A DNA stretch of 64,000 bases, from assembly GCA_015163875.1 (NCBI GenBank), contig JAAOIH010000002.1, forward strand, positions 17,574-81,573. Reading direction: 5' to 3'. The position numbers and the translations under genes were made by a program. This document shows, one piece after another, positions 26,837 to 37,489 of the stretch. Source of the stretch: Bdellovibrionales bacterium. GTDB taxonomy: Bacteria > Bdellovibrionota > Bdellovibrionia > Bdellovibrionales > UBA1609. The stretch's first letter is position 1; the number at the start of each line of letters is the position of its first letter. Below the pieces are notes generated by a model. The model saw only the letters and a list, made by a program, of their open reading frames with translations, did not search any database and was not told the origin of the DNA.

Positions 26837-28747
26837 ATGTTTTGGTTTAAAAAAATAATATTAATTATTATAAGCTTATCATTTAGCACATCTGCTAAAT
26901 CTTACGACTCTTTTTTATCTAAACAAAAAAATATAAATCACAAATCTACTTTTTTTAACAAAGATTTTAAATTACTTTCAAACTTACCTATATTAAGAGG
27001 TGGTAGAATGCAGCCCTTAGGTGATTTTGCAAAATCTTTTTTAAGCAAAATTTACTCGCGAGATACTTACAAAAATAAATCTGCAATACAAGTTTTTTCA
27101 ATAATTTTATTTACACCAGAGCTAGCTAAAAATTTAAATATTTTTAATATTCCTTATCCAAATGTGATACATACGCTTGGATTAAAGTGGACAGCTAAAC
27201 ATCGCTACTCTTTTAATAACCTGATTAAAGGATTTCAAAAAAACTTTAAGTTAATTGAAGCTTTGTCTAAAGCCAAAAGAGATAAAATGAGCGTTTCTCA
27301 AAAACATATTATAGATGTGTATTATAATTTTATAAGTTTTTTTGATTTATCTCAAAGCTTAGCTTTAACTAATAAAAATTTAAGCTTATCTAGTAAAAAG
27401 TGGGCCAATAAATTAGGATTAAAAAAAAATACACTTTATTCTTATTTAGATTTGGCGGGGATTACATCTAAAACAAATTTTTTAGCAAAAAAACTAAGCA
27501 AAAAAAAATCTGTAAATAAACAAGATATTAATTTTTTACTTTTTGGGGCAAAACTACAAAAGCTAAGTGAATCTCAAAATTACTCATCAACTTTTAAAGT
27601 TATCCCCTCACAATGGAAATCTGGAAACTGGAATTCTTTATGGGGAACAATTTTAAATGGAGAGGCAACTCCAAATAGTTATGTTTTATTTAATTTATGG
27701 GGCAAAGTAAAAAAATCTTATTTAAAAAATAATTTATTAATATGGAAGCAGTCTTTACAAAAAATTAATTTACAGGGCCAAAAATTTTTAACACAAAAAC
27801 AAAAAAGACAATTAAGCATGGAGTCTTTTTATAGCAAATGGGATTTGCTTTATAAATCTACAATTTTATATATTTTATCTTTTGTATTTTTGTTGATAAG
27901 TTTATTACTTTTGCCAGCTATATTTTCTAAACTAGCTTTATTTTCTGTATATTTAGCAATGCTTTTGCATGGCATAGCTATTAGTTTGAGAATTTTAATT
28001 TTATCAAGACCTCCAGTAACTACATTATATGAATCTATTTTATTTGTAGGATTTGCAGGAGTGATTAGCGCATTTTTTTTATTAAAATCAAAAACAAGTA
28101 ACATTAATTTATTTATATCTAGTTTTTTAGGCTCAGCATTATTATTATTATCTTTTGGCTACGCACAAGGTAACGATACTTTTTCAACATTAGAGGCAGT
28201 TTTAAATACTAATTTTTGGCTAGCAACTCATGTGTTAATTATAACAATTGGTTACTCTGCTTGTTTTGTTGCTGGAATTTTAGGACATATTTATTTTATT
28301 AAATCTATATTTAGGCCAAACGAAAATTTACAAAAACTTTATAAACAAATGTTAGGAGTTTCTATTTTAGCCTTATTTTTTTCTTTATTCGGAACTATTT
28401 TGGGAGGTATTTGGGCCGATCAATCATGGGGAAGATTTTGGGGATGGGACCCAAAAGAAAATGGAGCATTGTTAATTGTTTTGTGGCTTTTATTTATGCT
28501 ACATGGAGTGTTAGCAGGAAAAATAAAAGCTCAAGGCTACGCGCTTGGAATGGTCTTTATAAATATTATAGTCGCAGTCGCATGGTTTGGAGTAAATTTA
28601 CTAAGTGTAGGCCTGCACTCTTACGGATTTAACGAGGGAGCTTTTTTTAATCTATTGCTGTTTTCATACACAGAATTAATTTTTGGCCTACTAGCCTACG
28701 CATGGATTAATTACAAAAATTATTGCCTTGATTTTAGTAAAAAGTAG
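26837..28747 (+). CDS. ccsA: Cytochrome c biogenesis protein CcsA/ResC with large N-terminal periplasmic domain
   Basis: RPPVTTLYES, NFWLATHV, WADQSWGRFWGWDPKE (WWD motif), GVNLLSVGLHSY. Confidence 0.93.
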   Translation: MFWFKKIILIIISLSFSTSAKSYDSFLSKQKNINHKSTFFNKDFKLLSNLPILRGGRMQPLGDFAKSFLSKIYSRDTYKNKSAIQVFSIILFTPELAKNLNIFNIPYPNVIHTLGLKWTAKHRYSFNNLIKGFQKNFKLIEALSKAKRDKMSVSQKHIIDVYYNFISFFDLSQSLALTNKNLSLSSKKWANKLGLKKNTLYSYLDLAGITSKTNFLAKKLSKKKSVNKQDINFLLFGAKLQKLSESQNYSSTFKVIPSQWKSGNWNSLWGTILNGEATPNSYVLFNLWGKVKKSYLKNNLLIWKQSLQKINLQGQKFLTQKQKRQLSMESFYSKWDLLYKSTILYILSFVFLLISLLLLPAIFSKLALFSVYLAMLLHGIAISLRILILSRPPVTTLYESILFVGFAGVISAFFLLKSKTSNINLFISSFLGSALLLLSFGYAQGNDTFSTLEAVLNTNFWLATHVLIITIGYSACFVAGILGHIYFIKSIFRPNENLQKLYKQMLGVSILALFFSLFGTILGGIWADQSWGRFWGWDPKENGALLIVLWLLFMLHGVLAGKIKAQGYALGMVFINIIVAVAWFGVNLLSVGLHSYGFNEGAFFNLLLFSYTELIFGLLAYAWINYKNYCLDFSKK

Positions 28748-28832
28748 ATTCAGATTTAATTATAAAGGCTCTCATGCTCAGGCATCCCTTCGGGCTGAGT
28801 CGCATGATAGCCTTTATAATTAAATCTGAATC
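28747..28832. repeat. 86-nt hairpin with a 24-bp perfect stem between ccsA and groES
   Basis: GATTCAGATTTAATTATAAAGGCT ... AGCCTTTATAATTAAATCTGAATC with a GC-rich inner stem and C(UUCG)G loop. Confidence 0.88.
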
Positions 28833-28881
28833 CCCAATTAAACCCATCTAAGACAAAAAATTTATTTTTTAAATCTATAAA

Positions 28882-28909
28882 CTTGACTTTTTACACTTCA
28901 AACTCATAT
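28882..28909 (+). promoter_or_regulatory. Sigma-32-like promoter candidate for groESL
   Basis: CTTGAC-N14-ACTCATAT resembles the RpoH consensus CTTGAA-N13/14-CCCCATNT; no CIRCE present. Confidence 0.4.
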
Positions 28910-28938
28910 TTAGTCTGAAAACTTTATAAGGAGGCAAA

Positions 28939-30905
<1,967 letters not shown>

Positions 30906-30907
<2 letters not shown>

Positions 30908-30996
30908 GCTTTTATTTTTGAAATAAGTTTTATTTTTGAAAAAAGTTTTATTTTTGAAAAAAGTTTTATTTTTGAAAAAAGTTTTATTTTTGAAAA
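30906..30996. repeat. 18-bp tandem repeat (AAGTTTTATTTTTGAAAA, 5 copies) starting in the groEL stop codon
   Basis: Read directly. Confidence 0.92.
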
Positions 30997-31012
30997 AATA
31001 AAAATAATCTCC

Positions 31013-31047
31013 AAAAAGACAGACCTGCCGGGTCTGTCTTTTTTTTT
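31013..31047 (+). terminator. Intrinsic terminator of groESL
   Basis: AAAAAGACAGACC-TGCCG-GGTCTGTCTTTTT followed by a T-run. Confidence 0.85.
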
Positions 31048-31157
31048 GAGGATCAGATTTGAGGGTCAGATTTGAGGGTCAGGTACACCCCCTAAATAGG
31101 GGTGTACCTGACCCTCAAATCAAACAAAATTAACTTTGAGGGTCAGGTACATATAAA
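31045..31157. repeat. REP-like locus D
   Basis: 13-bp degenerate duplications (31045-31070), 49-bp palindrome at 31071-31119, half-site at 31135-31151. Confidence 0.93.
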
Positions 31158-31158
31158 T

Positions 31159-31196
31159 TTGATTTCAAAGAATAAATAGTGTACATTGTACACTAT
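31159..31196 (+). promoter_or_regulatory. Toxin-antitoxin promoter and operator
   Basis: TTGATT-N17-TACATT; palindrome ATAGTGTACA-T-TGTACACTAT (31176-31196) covers the -10 box and the ATG at 31195, implying a leaderless mRNA. Confidence 0.7.
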
Positions 31197-31461
31197 GGAG
31201 CAGTTTAATTGGGATGATGAAAAAAATAATTTATTAAAAGCTAGCAGAAACATGAGCTTTGAACAGGTTTTAGATTGTTTTGAAAATGGTAATTTTTTTG
31301 GGGTTTACGAAAATCCTAGTAGTAACTTTTCTCATCAGGAAGTGTTTTTAGTTAAAATAAATGACTACCCTTGCATAGTTCCTTTTACAAAAAACAAAGA
31401 CGAAATATTTTTAAAAACAATAATACCAGATAGGCGGTTTAAACAATTTATCAAGGAGTAA
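31195..31461 (+). CDS. BrnT-like (DUF497-type) toxin
   Basis: MEQFNWDDEKN.L..SRNMSFE, YPCIVPF, FLKTIIP typical of this RNase toxin group; start placed at ATG 31195. Confidence 0.8.
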   Translation: MEQFNWDDEKNNLLKASRNMSFEQVLDCFENGNFFGVYENPSSNFSHQEVFLVKINDYPCIVPFTKNKDEIFLKTIIPDRRFKQFIKE

Positions 31462-31464
31462 GTT

Positions 31465-31794
31465 ATGAATAAAAAACTAAACAAGAAAGAAAAAGAAATT
31501 GCTGATAATTTTGTAAGTGGTAAATTTAAAAAAAAAGCTTCTTCAAGTAATTTTAAAGCTATGGCACAAAAAACAAAAGAATCTAGAATAAATCTTCGAC
31601 TGCAAGTTAATGTATTAGAGTATTTTCAAAAATTATCACTAAAAGAAGGAATACCATATCAAACACTTATAAACAGTGTGCTTTTTAAAGTGGCCTCAGG
31701 ACAAATGATAGAAGGTAAGTTTTCTGACTTTGCAAAAACCATTGAAGAGTTAAAAAAGCAAATTTCTAATATGAATCGCAAAAAGCAAGCCTAG
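31465..31794 (+). CDS. BrnA/CopG-like antitoxin
   Basis: RINLRL...EGIPYQTLINSVL ribbon-helix-helix signature, directly downstream of the toxin. Confidence 0.82.
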   Translation: MNKKLNKKEKEIADNFVSGKFKKKASSSNFKAMAQKTKESRINLRLQVNVLEYFQKLSLKEGIPYQTLINSVLFKVASGQMIEGKFSDFAKTIEELKKQISNMNRKKQA

Positions 31795-31818
31795 TAAATT
31801 TTGTTAGTTTGTCCAAGA

Positions 31819-31949
31819 CTTGAGTATCAGATTTGACTTGAGGGTCAGGTACACCCCCTAAATAGGGGTGTACCTGACCCTCAAATCACTCAAATCAAAC
31901 AAAATTAACTTTGAGGGTCAGGTACATATAAAATAGGTACATATAAAAT
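31819..31949. repeat. REP-like locus E
   Basis: Palindrome at 31838-31885, half-site at 31910-31926, 9-bp (CTCAAATCA) and 15-bp (AGGTACATATAAAAT) micro-duplications. Confidence 0.93.
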
Positions 31950-31972
31950 TTCAGTTAGAAAATCAGATGCAC

Positions 31973-33367
31973 TTAAAAAATCTTTCCGGGATTTAAGATA
32001 TTGTTTGGGTCGAATATTTTTTTTATTTGTTTCATTATATTTATTTCTTCTTCTGTTTTGCTAAATTGTAAATAATCTTTTTTTACAAGGCCGACACCGT
32101 GCTCTGCAGAAACACTGCCTTTGTATTTTTTTATTAAATCAAATATTTGTAAATCTAATTTTTTATATGCAGCCATAAAACTTTCATCACTTTCGCCATC
32201 AGGCTTTAATAAATTAATATGCAAATTTCCGTCGCCGATATGTCCAAAATAAATTAGTTCATAATTTTTTGGCAGTAAAGAAATCAACAGCTGCAAGTCT
32301 TTTATAAATTCTTCTAAATTAGACAAGCGAACTGCAACATCATTTTTGTGGGGACTTCTATAATGTATTGATTCCGAAATATTTTCTCTTAAATCCCAAA
32401 TAAGTTTATCTTGATCCTTGTTTTGCGAAATTGTTCCGTCTACAATTAATTCTTTTTCTAAACTTTCTTCTAAAATTTGCATTAAAACTTCTTCGTCTGT
32501 TTTATTTTGTACATCTACCTCTGCGGTAACATAAAAATCATGTTCACAGCTTATTGGGCAATTTTTTTTTGAGTGATCTAAACTATATTTTAAAGCTTCT
32601 TTTGTAAAAAACTCAAATGCAATTAAATTTGTTTTGTTTTTGTATTGAAAATAAACTTTTAGCAAATTACTAATACTAGAGCTTGCTAATAATAAACTAA
32701 TATTTTTTTTTGCAGGGGAGGTTAGCTTAACAGTAACTTCTGTAATAATACCAAGACTTCCTTCGCTTCCTATAAACAGCTGACTTAAATCATAACCAGT
32801 TGCATCTTTTACAAGTGCATTTTTAAGATGTAAAATTTCTGCATTTCCAGTTACAACTGTAAGGCTTGTAATCCAATCTCTAGTATTTCCATATCTTAAA
32901 ACTTTAATCCCACCTGCATTGGTTGCAACATTTCCACCAATGTGGCTAGATCCAGTTGCTGCAAAATTAATAGGATAAATTAAGTTATGCTTTAATGCCT
33001 CTTCTTGAATATGTTGAGTAATAACTCCTGCCTGACAAAATAAACTTTGTTCTTCTGGAATAAATTTAAAAATTTTATTCATTTTTTCTAAAGAAACTAT
33101 CACTTCGTTTTTTGTTGCAGTTGCCCCTGCACTTAAACCAGTTCTGCCGCCAGAGCTTAGCAAGCCAATGTTATATTTTTTAGCTAAGCTTATAATACTT
33201 TGCACCTCTTTTGTGGAATGCGGAAACAATACAAGCGACCCGTTACCGATAAAATCTTTAGACCTGTCACTTGAATAAATTTTTATATCATCTACGCTAG
33301 TTAAAATTTGCTTTTCTGTTAAGCAAGATTTAATATCTTTAAAAAAATTATCTTTATTTTTTTGCAT
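31973..33367 (-). CDS. FAD-linked oxidoreductase (D-2-hydroxyacid dehydrogenase / GlcD-like)
   Basis: GGRTGLSAG, IGGNVATNAGG, GSEGSLGIIT, FGHIGDGNLH, SAEHGVG, DPNNILNPGK. Confidence 0.92.
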   Translation of the reverse strand: MQKNKDNFFKDIKSCLTEKQILTSVDDIKIYSSDRSKDFIGNGSLVLFPHSTKEVQSIISLAKKYNIGLLSSGGRTGLSAGATATKNEVIVSLEKMNKIFKFIPEEQSLFCQAGVITQHIQEEALKHNLIYPINFAATGSSHIGGNVATNAGGIKVLRYGNTRDWITSLTVVTGNAEILHLKNALVKDATGYDLSQLFIGSEGSLGIITEVTVKLTSPAKKNISLLLASSSISNLLKVYFQYKNKTNLIAFEFFTKEALKYSLDHSKKNCPISCEHDFYVTAEVDVQNKTDEEVLMQILEESLEKELIVDGTISQNKDQDKLIWDLRENISESIHYRSPHKNDVAVRLSNLEEFIKDLQLLISLLPKNYELIYFGHIGDGNLHINLLKPDGESDESFMAAYKKLDLQIFDLIKKYKGSVSAEHGVGLVKKDYLQFSKTEEEINIMKQIKKIFDPNNILNPGKIF

Positions 33368-33392
33368 TTTTATTAATTAAATTTAAATCAAA

Positions 33393-33716
33393 CTAAGATT
33401 TAGCGCCAATGCATATATATTCTTCTGTTAAATTTTTTAATTTTTTAATTTTTTTTATAACCATATCTTTATTTTTTTTAATATCCTCTGTTTTATCTGT
33501 CAATAATTGTTTACAAAGCTCCTCAACCTCTAAAGAAACAATAGAAATTTTATCAAAACCATAAGTTTTTCCGCTACCTTTTAATTTATGGCTTTCAGAA
33601 TAAATATTTTGAATATTATTTTCTTTAATAAGCTTATCAATAATTTTTAAAACTTTATTAAGATAATTTTTACTTAAACTTTCTACAACTTTTTGAAAAT
33701 CTTTGTCAGTTTTCAT
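33393..33716 (-). CDS. Stand-alone Hpt phosphotransfer protein
   Basis: HKLKGSGKTYGF Hpt motif. Confidence 0.85.
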   Translation of the reverse strand: MKTDKDFQKVVESLSKNYLNKVLKIIDKLIKENNIQNIYSESHKLKGSGKTYGFDKISIVSLEVEELCKQLLTDKTEDIKKNKDMVIKKIKKLKNLTEEYICIGAKS

Positions 33717-33729
33717 AATTATTATTTAG

Positions 33730-34791
33730 CTAAGCAGCTTTTTTAATTTTTTTTCTTACACCAGGTAAAATAAAGAAAAATATACTTCCACCAGTAGAGT
33801 TATCTTTAACACCAATTTCACCGCTATGCTGTTCAACAATAGATTTTGCAATAGAAAGCCCAAGACCGCTACCTTTTACTAAATGATCTTTTGGCTTTAT
33901 TGACTGTCTAAAACTTTCAAATATTTTATGTCTATCTACTTTTGGAACACCAGGGCCGCTATCTTTAATATTTATTTCTATTTTAGAGTTATTAATAATT
34001 TTTTGCTGCACAATAATGCTGCTGTCTTTTGGGCTATATTTTATAGCATTAGATAATAAATTATATAAAACTTGCTGAATTAATTCTGCATCGATATTAA
34101 CTTCTAGATCTACTATTTGTACATTTTCGATATTAATATTTTTTTGTTTAATTAAACTATAAAGACTTTGGCAAGTTTGTAAAATTATAGAATTTAAAGA
34201 GCACCACTGTTTATTAATTTTTAATTCACCGGATTCTATTTTTGCTAAATCTAACAAAGTATTTACAATCGAAACCAACCTGTCAGATTCTCGTTCTGCA
34301 ATTTTAATAGCTTGTAAAGCTTTTGGAGGTATATCTCCCAAGTAACCATTTTTTACCAAGTTAAGAGAGCCTTTTATTGATGTAAGAGGCGTTCTTAACT
34401 CATGACTTGCGATACTTACAAATTGAGTTTTTGCACGCTCTAATTGTTTATGATCTTCTAAAGCCGCACTGTATGATTGAATTACAGAATTAAAAGAGGC
34501 CTCTAAATTACCTAACTCATTAGACGGCAAAGATGTACTTACAGGATAATGATTACTATGAAAAAAAAATTGAATTTTTTTTGTTAACAGTTTTATTTGA
34601 GAAAGTATTTGAAACTTACCAACAGAGTAAGTGTAAACCAGACTTAAAAATAAAAAAGCAGAGTTAAATAATAAAAATTCTTTTTGTATTTTTAAAGGTT
34701 GATTATTAAAAAATAATTGCACAAACAACAAGCCAGTACTAATAATATTTAGTAAAATAATAAAGCTAATTTTGCTAGATAAACTTCCCAT
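33730..34791 (-). CDS. Membrane histidine kinase (HisKA + HATPase_c)
   Basis: ASHELRTPLTSI, NLLSNAIKY, DSGPG, GSGLGL. Confidence 0.93.
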   Translation of the reverse strand: MGSLSSKISFIILLNIISTGLLFVQLFFNNQPLKIQKEFLLFNSAFLFLSLVYTYSVGKFQILSQIKLLTKKIQFFFHSNHYPVSTSLPSNELGNLEASFNSVIQSYSAALEDHKQLERAKTQFVSIASHELRTPLTSIKGSLNLVKNGYLGDIPPKALQAIKIAERESDRLVSIVNTLLDLAKIESGELKINKQWCSLNSIILQTCQSLYSLIKQKNINIENVQIVDLEVNIDAELIQQVLYNLLSNAIKYSPKDSSIIVQQKIINNSKIEINIKDSGPGVPKVDRHKIFESFRQSIKPKDHLVKGSGLGLSIAKSIVEQHSGEIGVKDNSTGGSIFFFILPGVRKKIKKAA

Positions 34792-34794
34792 ATA

Positions 34795-35181
34795 TTATCC
34801 TGCTTTTTGATTTTGTTTTTTAAAATTATTTACTAACTGATCAATTGTTTTGCATAAGATCTTTGGCTCAAATGGTTTTGTAATTAAACCTAAAACTATA
34901 TTGTTTGTTATTTTTAATTTAGTGTTATTAGTATTAGCTGTAAAAAAAATAATAGGGCTATAAGTAGTTGCTGCTTTTTTATAAGCTTCATAAACTTGAA
35001 AACCATTTAAGCATGGAAGCATATCGTCTAAAAGTATTAAGTCATACGGAGTGTCTAAAATTTTTTGTAATGCAATATCTCCATCTTCAGCAGTTTCTAC
35101 CTGATGACTTCCTATCATTTCTAAACTTATTTTAGTAAGATTTAAAATATCTGGATTATCTTCTACTAATAATATTTTCAT
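34795..35181 (-). CDS. Single-domain response regulator
   Basis: LLVEDN, LILLDDMLP, KPF; no output domain. Confidence 0.9.
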   Translation of the reverse strand: MKILLVEDNPDILNLTKISLEMIGSHQVETAEDGDIALQKILDTPYDLILLDDMLPCLNGFQVYEAYKKAATTYSPIIFFTANTNNTKLKITNNIVLGLITKPFEPKILCKTIDQLVNNFKKQNQKAG

Positions 35182-35216
35182 ATAAACCTTAAAAGCAACA
35201 TTGCTATGTTTAAGGT

Positions 35217-35399
35217 TTATCGGTTATTTTTTCTTTTATAATAATAATTTTTAATAGGACATATCCCCCAAGAGCTAGTCAAAAGTAAGTAAACTCCAAC
35301 TATGGTCCAAATTGGACCCCCAATAATAAGCCAAGTTAATAATATGATGCTAAAAATGCCACGAAAAATTCTTTTATAGCTAGAAAGATAAAGTTTCAT
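35217..35399 (-). CDS. Small membrane protein, DUF2892/YgaP-like
   Basis: R.FRG..., G..LL.TS..G.CP pattern with two TM segments. Confidence 0.65.
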   Translation of the reverse strand: MKLYLSSYKRIFRGIFSIILLTWLIIGGPIWTIVGVYLLLTSSWGICPIKNYYYKRKNNR

Positions 35400-35567
35400 A
35401 AAAAATACCTAGACTTTTGTCTTAAAAATAGGTTTGTTCCTAGCTTAAACATTTAAGTCTTATTTATATATTAAGAGAGTATGTAGATAAAGTCTATAAG
35501 TCTTGATATAAATAATAATATAAATTTAATTAAAATTTATTATTAAATACAACAGCCTAGGTACATT

Positions 35568-35861
35568 ATGTTTAAAGACAATAGCGAAGCATCAAACTTT
35601 ATGCAGATTAGCGAAGGTCAAAGAAAAAAAGAAAGAGCTAAGGCCAGAGATTTAAGACATAGCTCTTGGTGGAAAAATAAATTACAAGATGCTATATGTT
35701 ATTATTGTGATTTAAAAATAAATAAGGAATTTTTAACAATGGATCACAAAGTTCCTATTTCAAAAGGTGGAAAAAGTACAAAAAATAATATAGTATTGTG
35801 TTGCAAGGATTGTAATACAAAAAAAAATCAAAGCACGGCGGCCGAAATTGCATATAAATAA
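35568..35861 (+). CDS. Small HNH endonuclease
   Basis: CYYC, MDHKVPISKGG, NIVLCCKDCN. Confidence 0.9.
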   Translation: MFKDNSEASNFMQISEGQRKKERAKARDLRHSSWWKNKLQDAICYYCDLKINKEFLTMDHKVPISKGGKSTKNNIVLCCKDCNTKKNQSTAAEIAYK

Positions 35862-35872
35862 GGAACAACTTA

Positions 35873-37477
35873 ATGTCAAAAATTAAAACAAGCAGCACGG
35901 CAGAATATTTTTCAAAAAATTTACAACAAGTAGGTTTTTCCTCTCCATTAAAAGCTGTGTTAACAACTTTAAAAGAGGCAGTAGATAATTCTTTAGATGC
36001 TTGCGAAGATAGTGGAATTTTACCTCACATAAAAATTAATATTAGTAAAATAGGAAAGGGCTCTTCTAGAAACACAGATTTAATTAAAATAAAAATAGAA
36101 GATAACGGACCAGGATTATCTGTTCAAGATTTACCTGCAGTTTTTGGTGAGTACTTAGCCTCTTCTAAATTTGGAAAAGGACAATGTTCGCGAGGTCAGC
36201 AGGGCATTGGTATTTCTGCAGCAACTACTTGGGCACAATTAACTAATGCAACTGGAGTTTGCGTAGAAAGTAAAACTAAAAATATGCAACAAGCAGTATC
36301 TATGGTTATTGATGTTGATATTAAAAACAACAAGGGTCTTGTTAAAAAAAAAACAAGCATAAAATGGAATAAAAAAAAACACGGACTAAAAGCTTCTTTT
36401 GTTATTGATGGAAGGGTGCAATTAAATGGAGACGGTGGATTAATTACTTATTTAGAGGGCACATCTTTAGTAAATCCACATTTAGAATTAGATTATACTT
36501 TGCTAGAAAACGACCCAGTAAGTGTAAAAAGAGTTAGCGATGTAATCCCAAAAGTACCTCCACCAACTTTGCCGCATCCTCATACTATGAAGCTTGGTGA
36601 ATTTATTACTTACTCTCATTTGTATGGAAAAATAAGTTTGTCCAAATTTTTAAAAACAGGATTTTCTAGAATATCAGATGCTACAATTAAAGAAATTTCT
36701 AAAAAAAATAAAATAAAATCTTCACTACTTAACCTTTCTCTTCCAAAGCTATTAGATTCTGATTTTAAAAAAGTGTTTGAAGCTTTGCAAGAAGCAACTT
36801 TAATGAACCCTCAAACAAATAGTGTTTTAATTATTGGCGAAAAAGCTTTAGAGCAAAGCATTCATCGAATAGGAGATGTAGATTTTTTTAGTGTAGTTAC
36901 ACGCAAGCCAAGAATTTGTGATTTTAAACCAGTGGTAATTGAAGTTGCCATGGCAAGACTTAATGACACAAAAGGAAAAGATGAAAACTCTTTGCAGCTT
37001 TTAAGATTTGCAAACAGAGTTCCTTTGCAATTTGATAAATCTTCATGCGCTCTTACAAAAGCTGTTGAAAGTGTAAATTGGAAGGCTTATGGATTGCAAC
37101 AAAGTAAAAACAGCGTTCCTAGTGGTCCTTATGTTTTGGCAATTTCTATGACATCTCCATTTATAAAATTTAAAAATGCCTCTAAAGAAACAGTTGATGC
37201 CAGTGAAGAACTGGTAGAAGAAATTCGCAAAGCACTAATTCAAACAGGACAAAAATTAGGTCGATATATTAGAAAAGAAAAAAAAGAATTTGATTTAGAA
37301 AGAAAAATTCAGCATATCGAAAAATTTGCTCCAATTTTAGTAAATGCTTTAGTTAAAATTACTAAAGCTCCTATTAAGCGCAAAAAAAAAGCAGAGTTAG
37401 GTTTAATGAAAATTTTAGGCAGAGATGCAAAAAATGCAGAAGCAGAGTTAACTCAAGCTAAAGAAAAATTAAAATAA
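35873..37477 (+). CDS. top6B: DNA topoisomerase VI subunit B
   Basis: GHKL motifs KEAVDNSLDA, EDNGPG, SSKF...SRGQQGIG; transducer RFANRVPL and FKNASKE. Confidence 0.93.
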   Translation: MSKIKTSSTAEYFSKNLQQVGFSSPLKAVLTTLKEAVDNSLDACEDSGILPHIKINISKIGKGSSRNTDLIKIKIEDNGPGLSVQDLPAVFGEYLASSKFGKGQCSRGQQGIGISAATTWAQLTNATGVCVESKTKNMQQAVSMVIDVDIKNNKGLVKKKTSIKWNKKKHGLKASFVIDGRVQLNGDGGLITYLEGTSLVNPHLELDYTLLENDPVSVKRVSDVIPKVPPPTLPHPHTMKLGEFITYSHLYGKISLSKFLKTGFSRISDATIKEISKKNKIKSSLLNLSLPKLLDSDFKKVFEALQEATLMNPQTNSVLIIGEKALEQSIHRIGDVDFFSVVTRKPRICDFKPVVIEVAMARLNDTKGKDENSLQLLRFANRVPLQFDKSSCALTKAVESVNWKAYGLQQSKNSVPSGPYVLAISMTSPFIKFKNASKETVDASEELVEEIRKALIQTGQKLGRYIRKEKKEFDLERKIQHIEKFAPILVNALVKITKAPIKRKKKAELGLMKILGRDAKNAEAELTQAKEKLK

Positions 37478-37489
37478 AAAGGAAGATCT

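Noticed and set aside
28833-28938. CIRCE/HrcA operator before groES
   Set aside because: No TTAGCACTC-N9-GAGTGCTAA is present.
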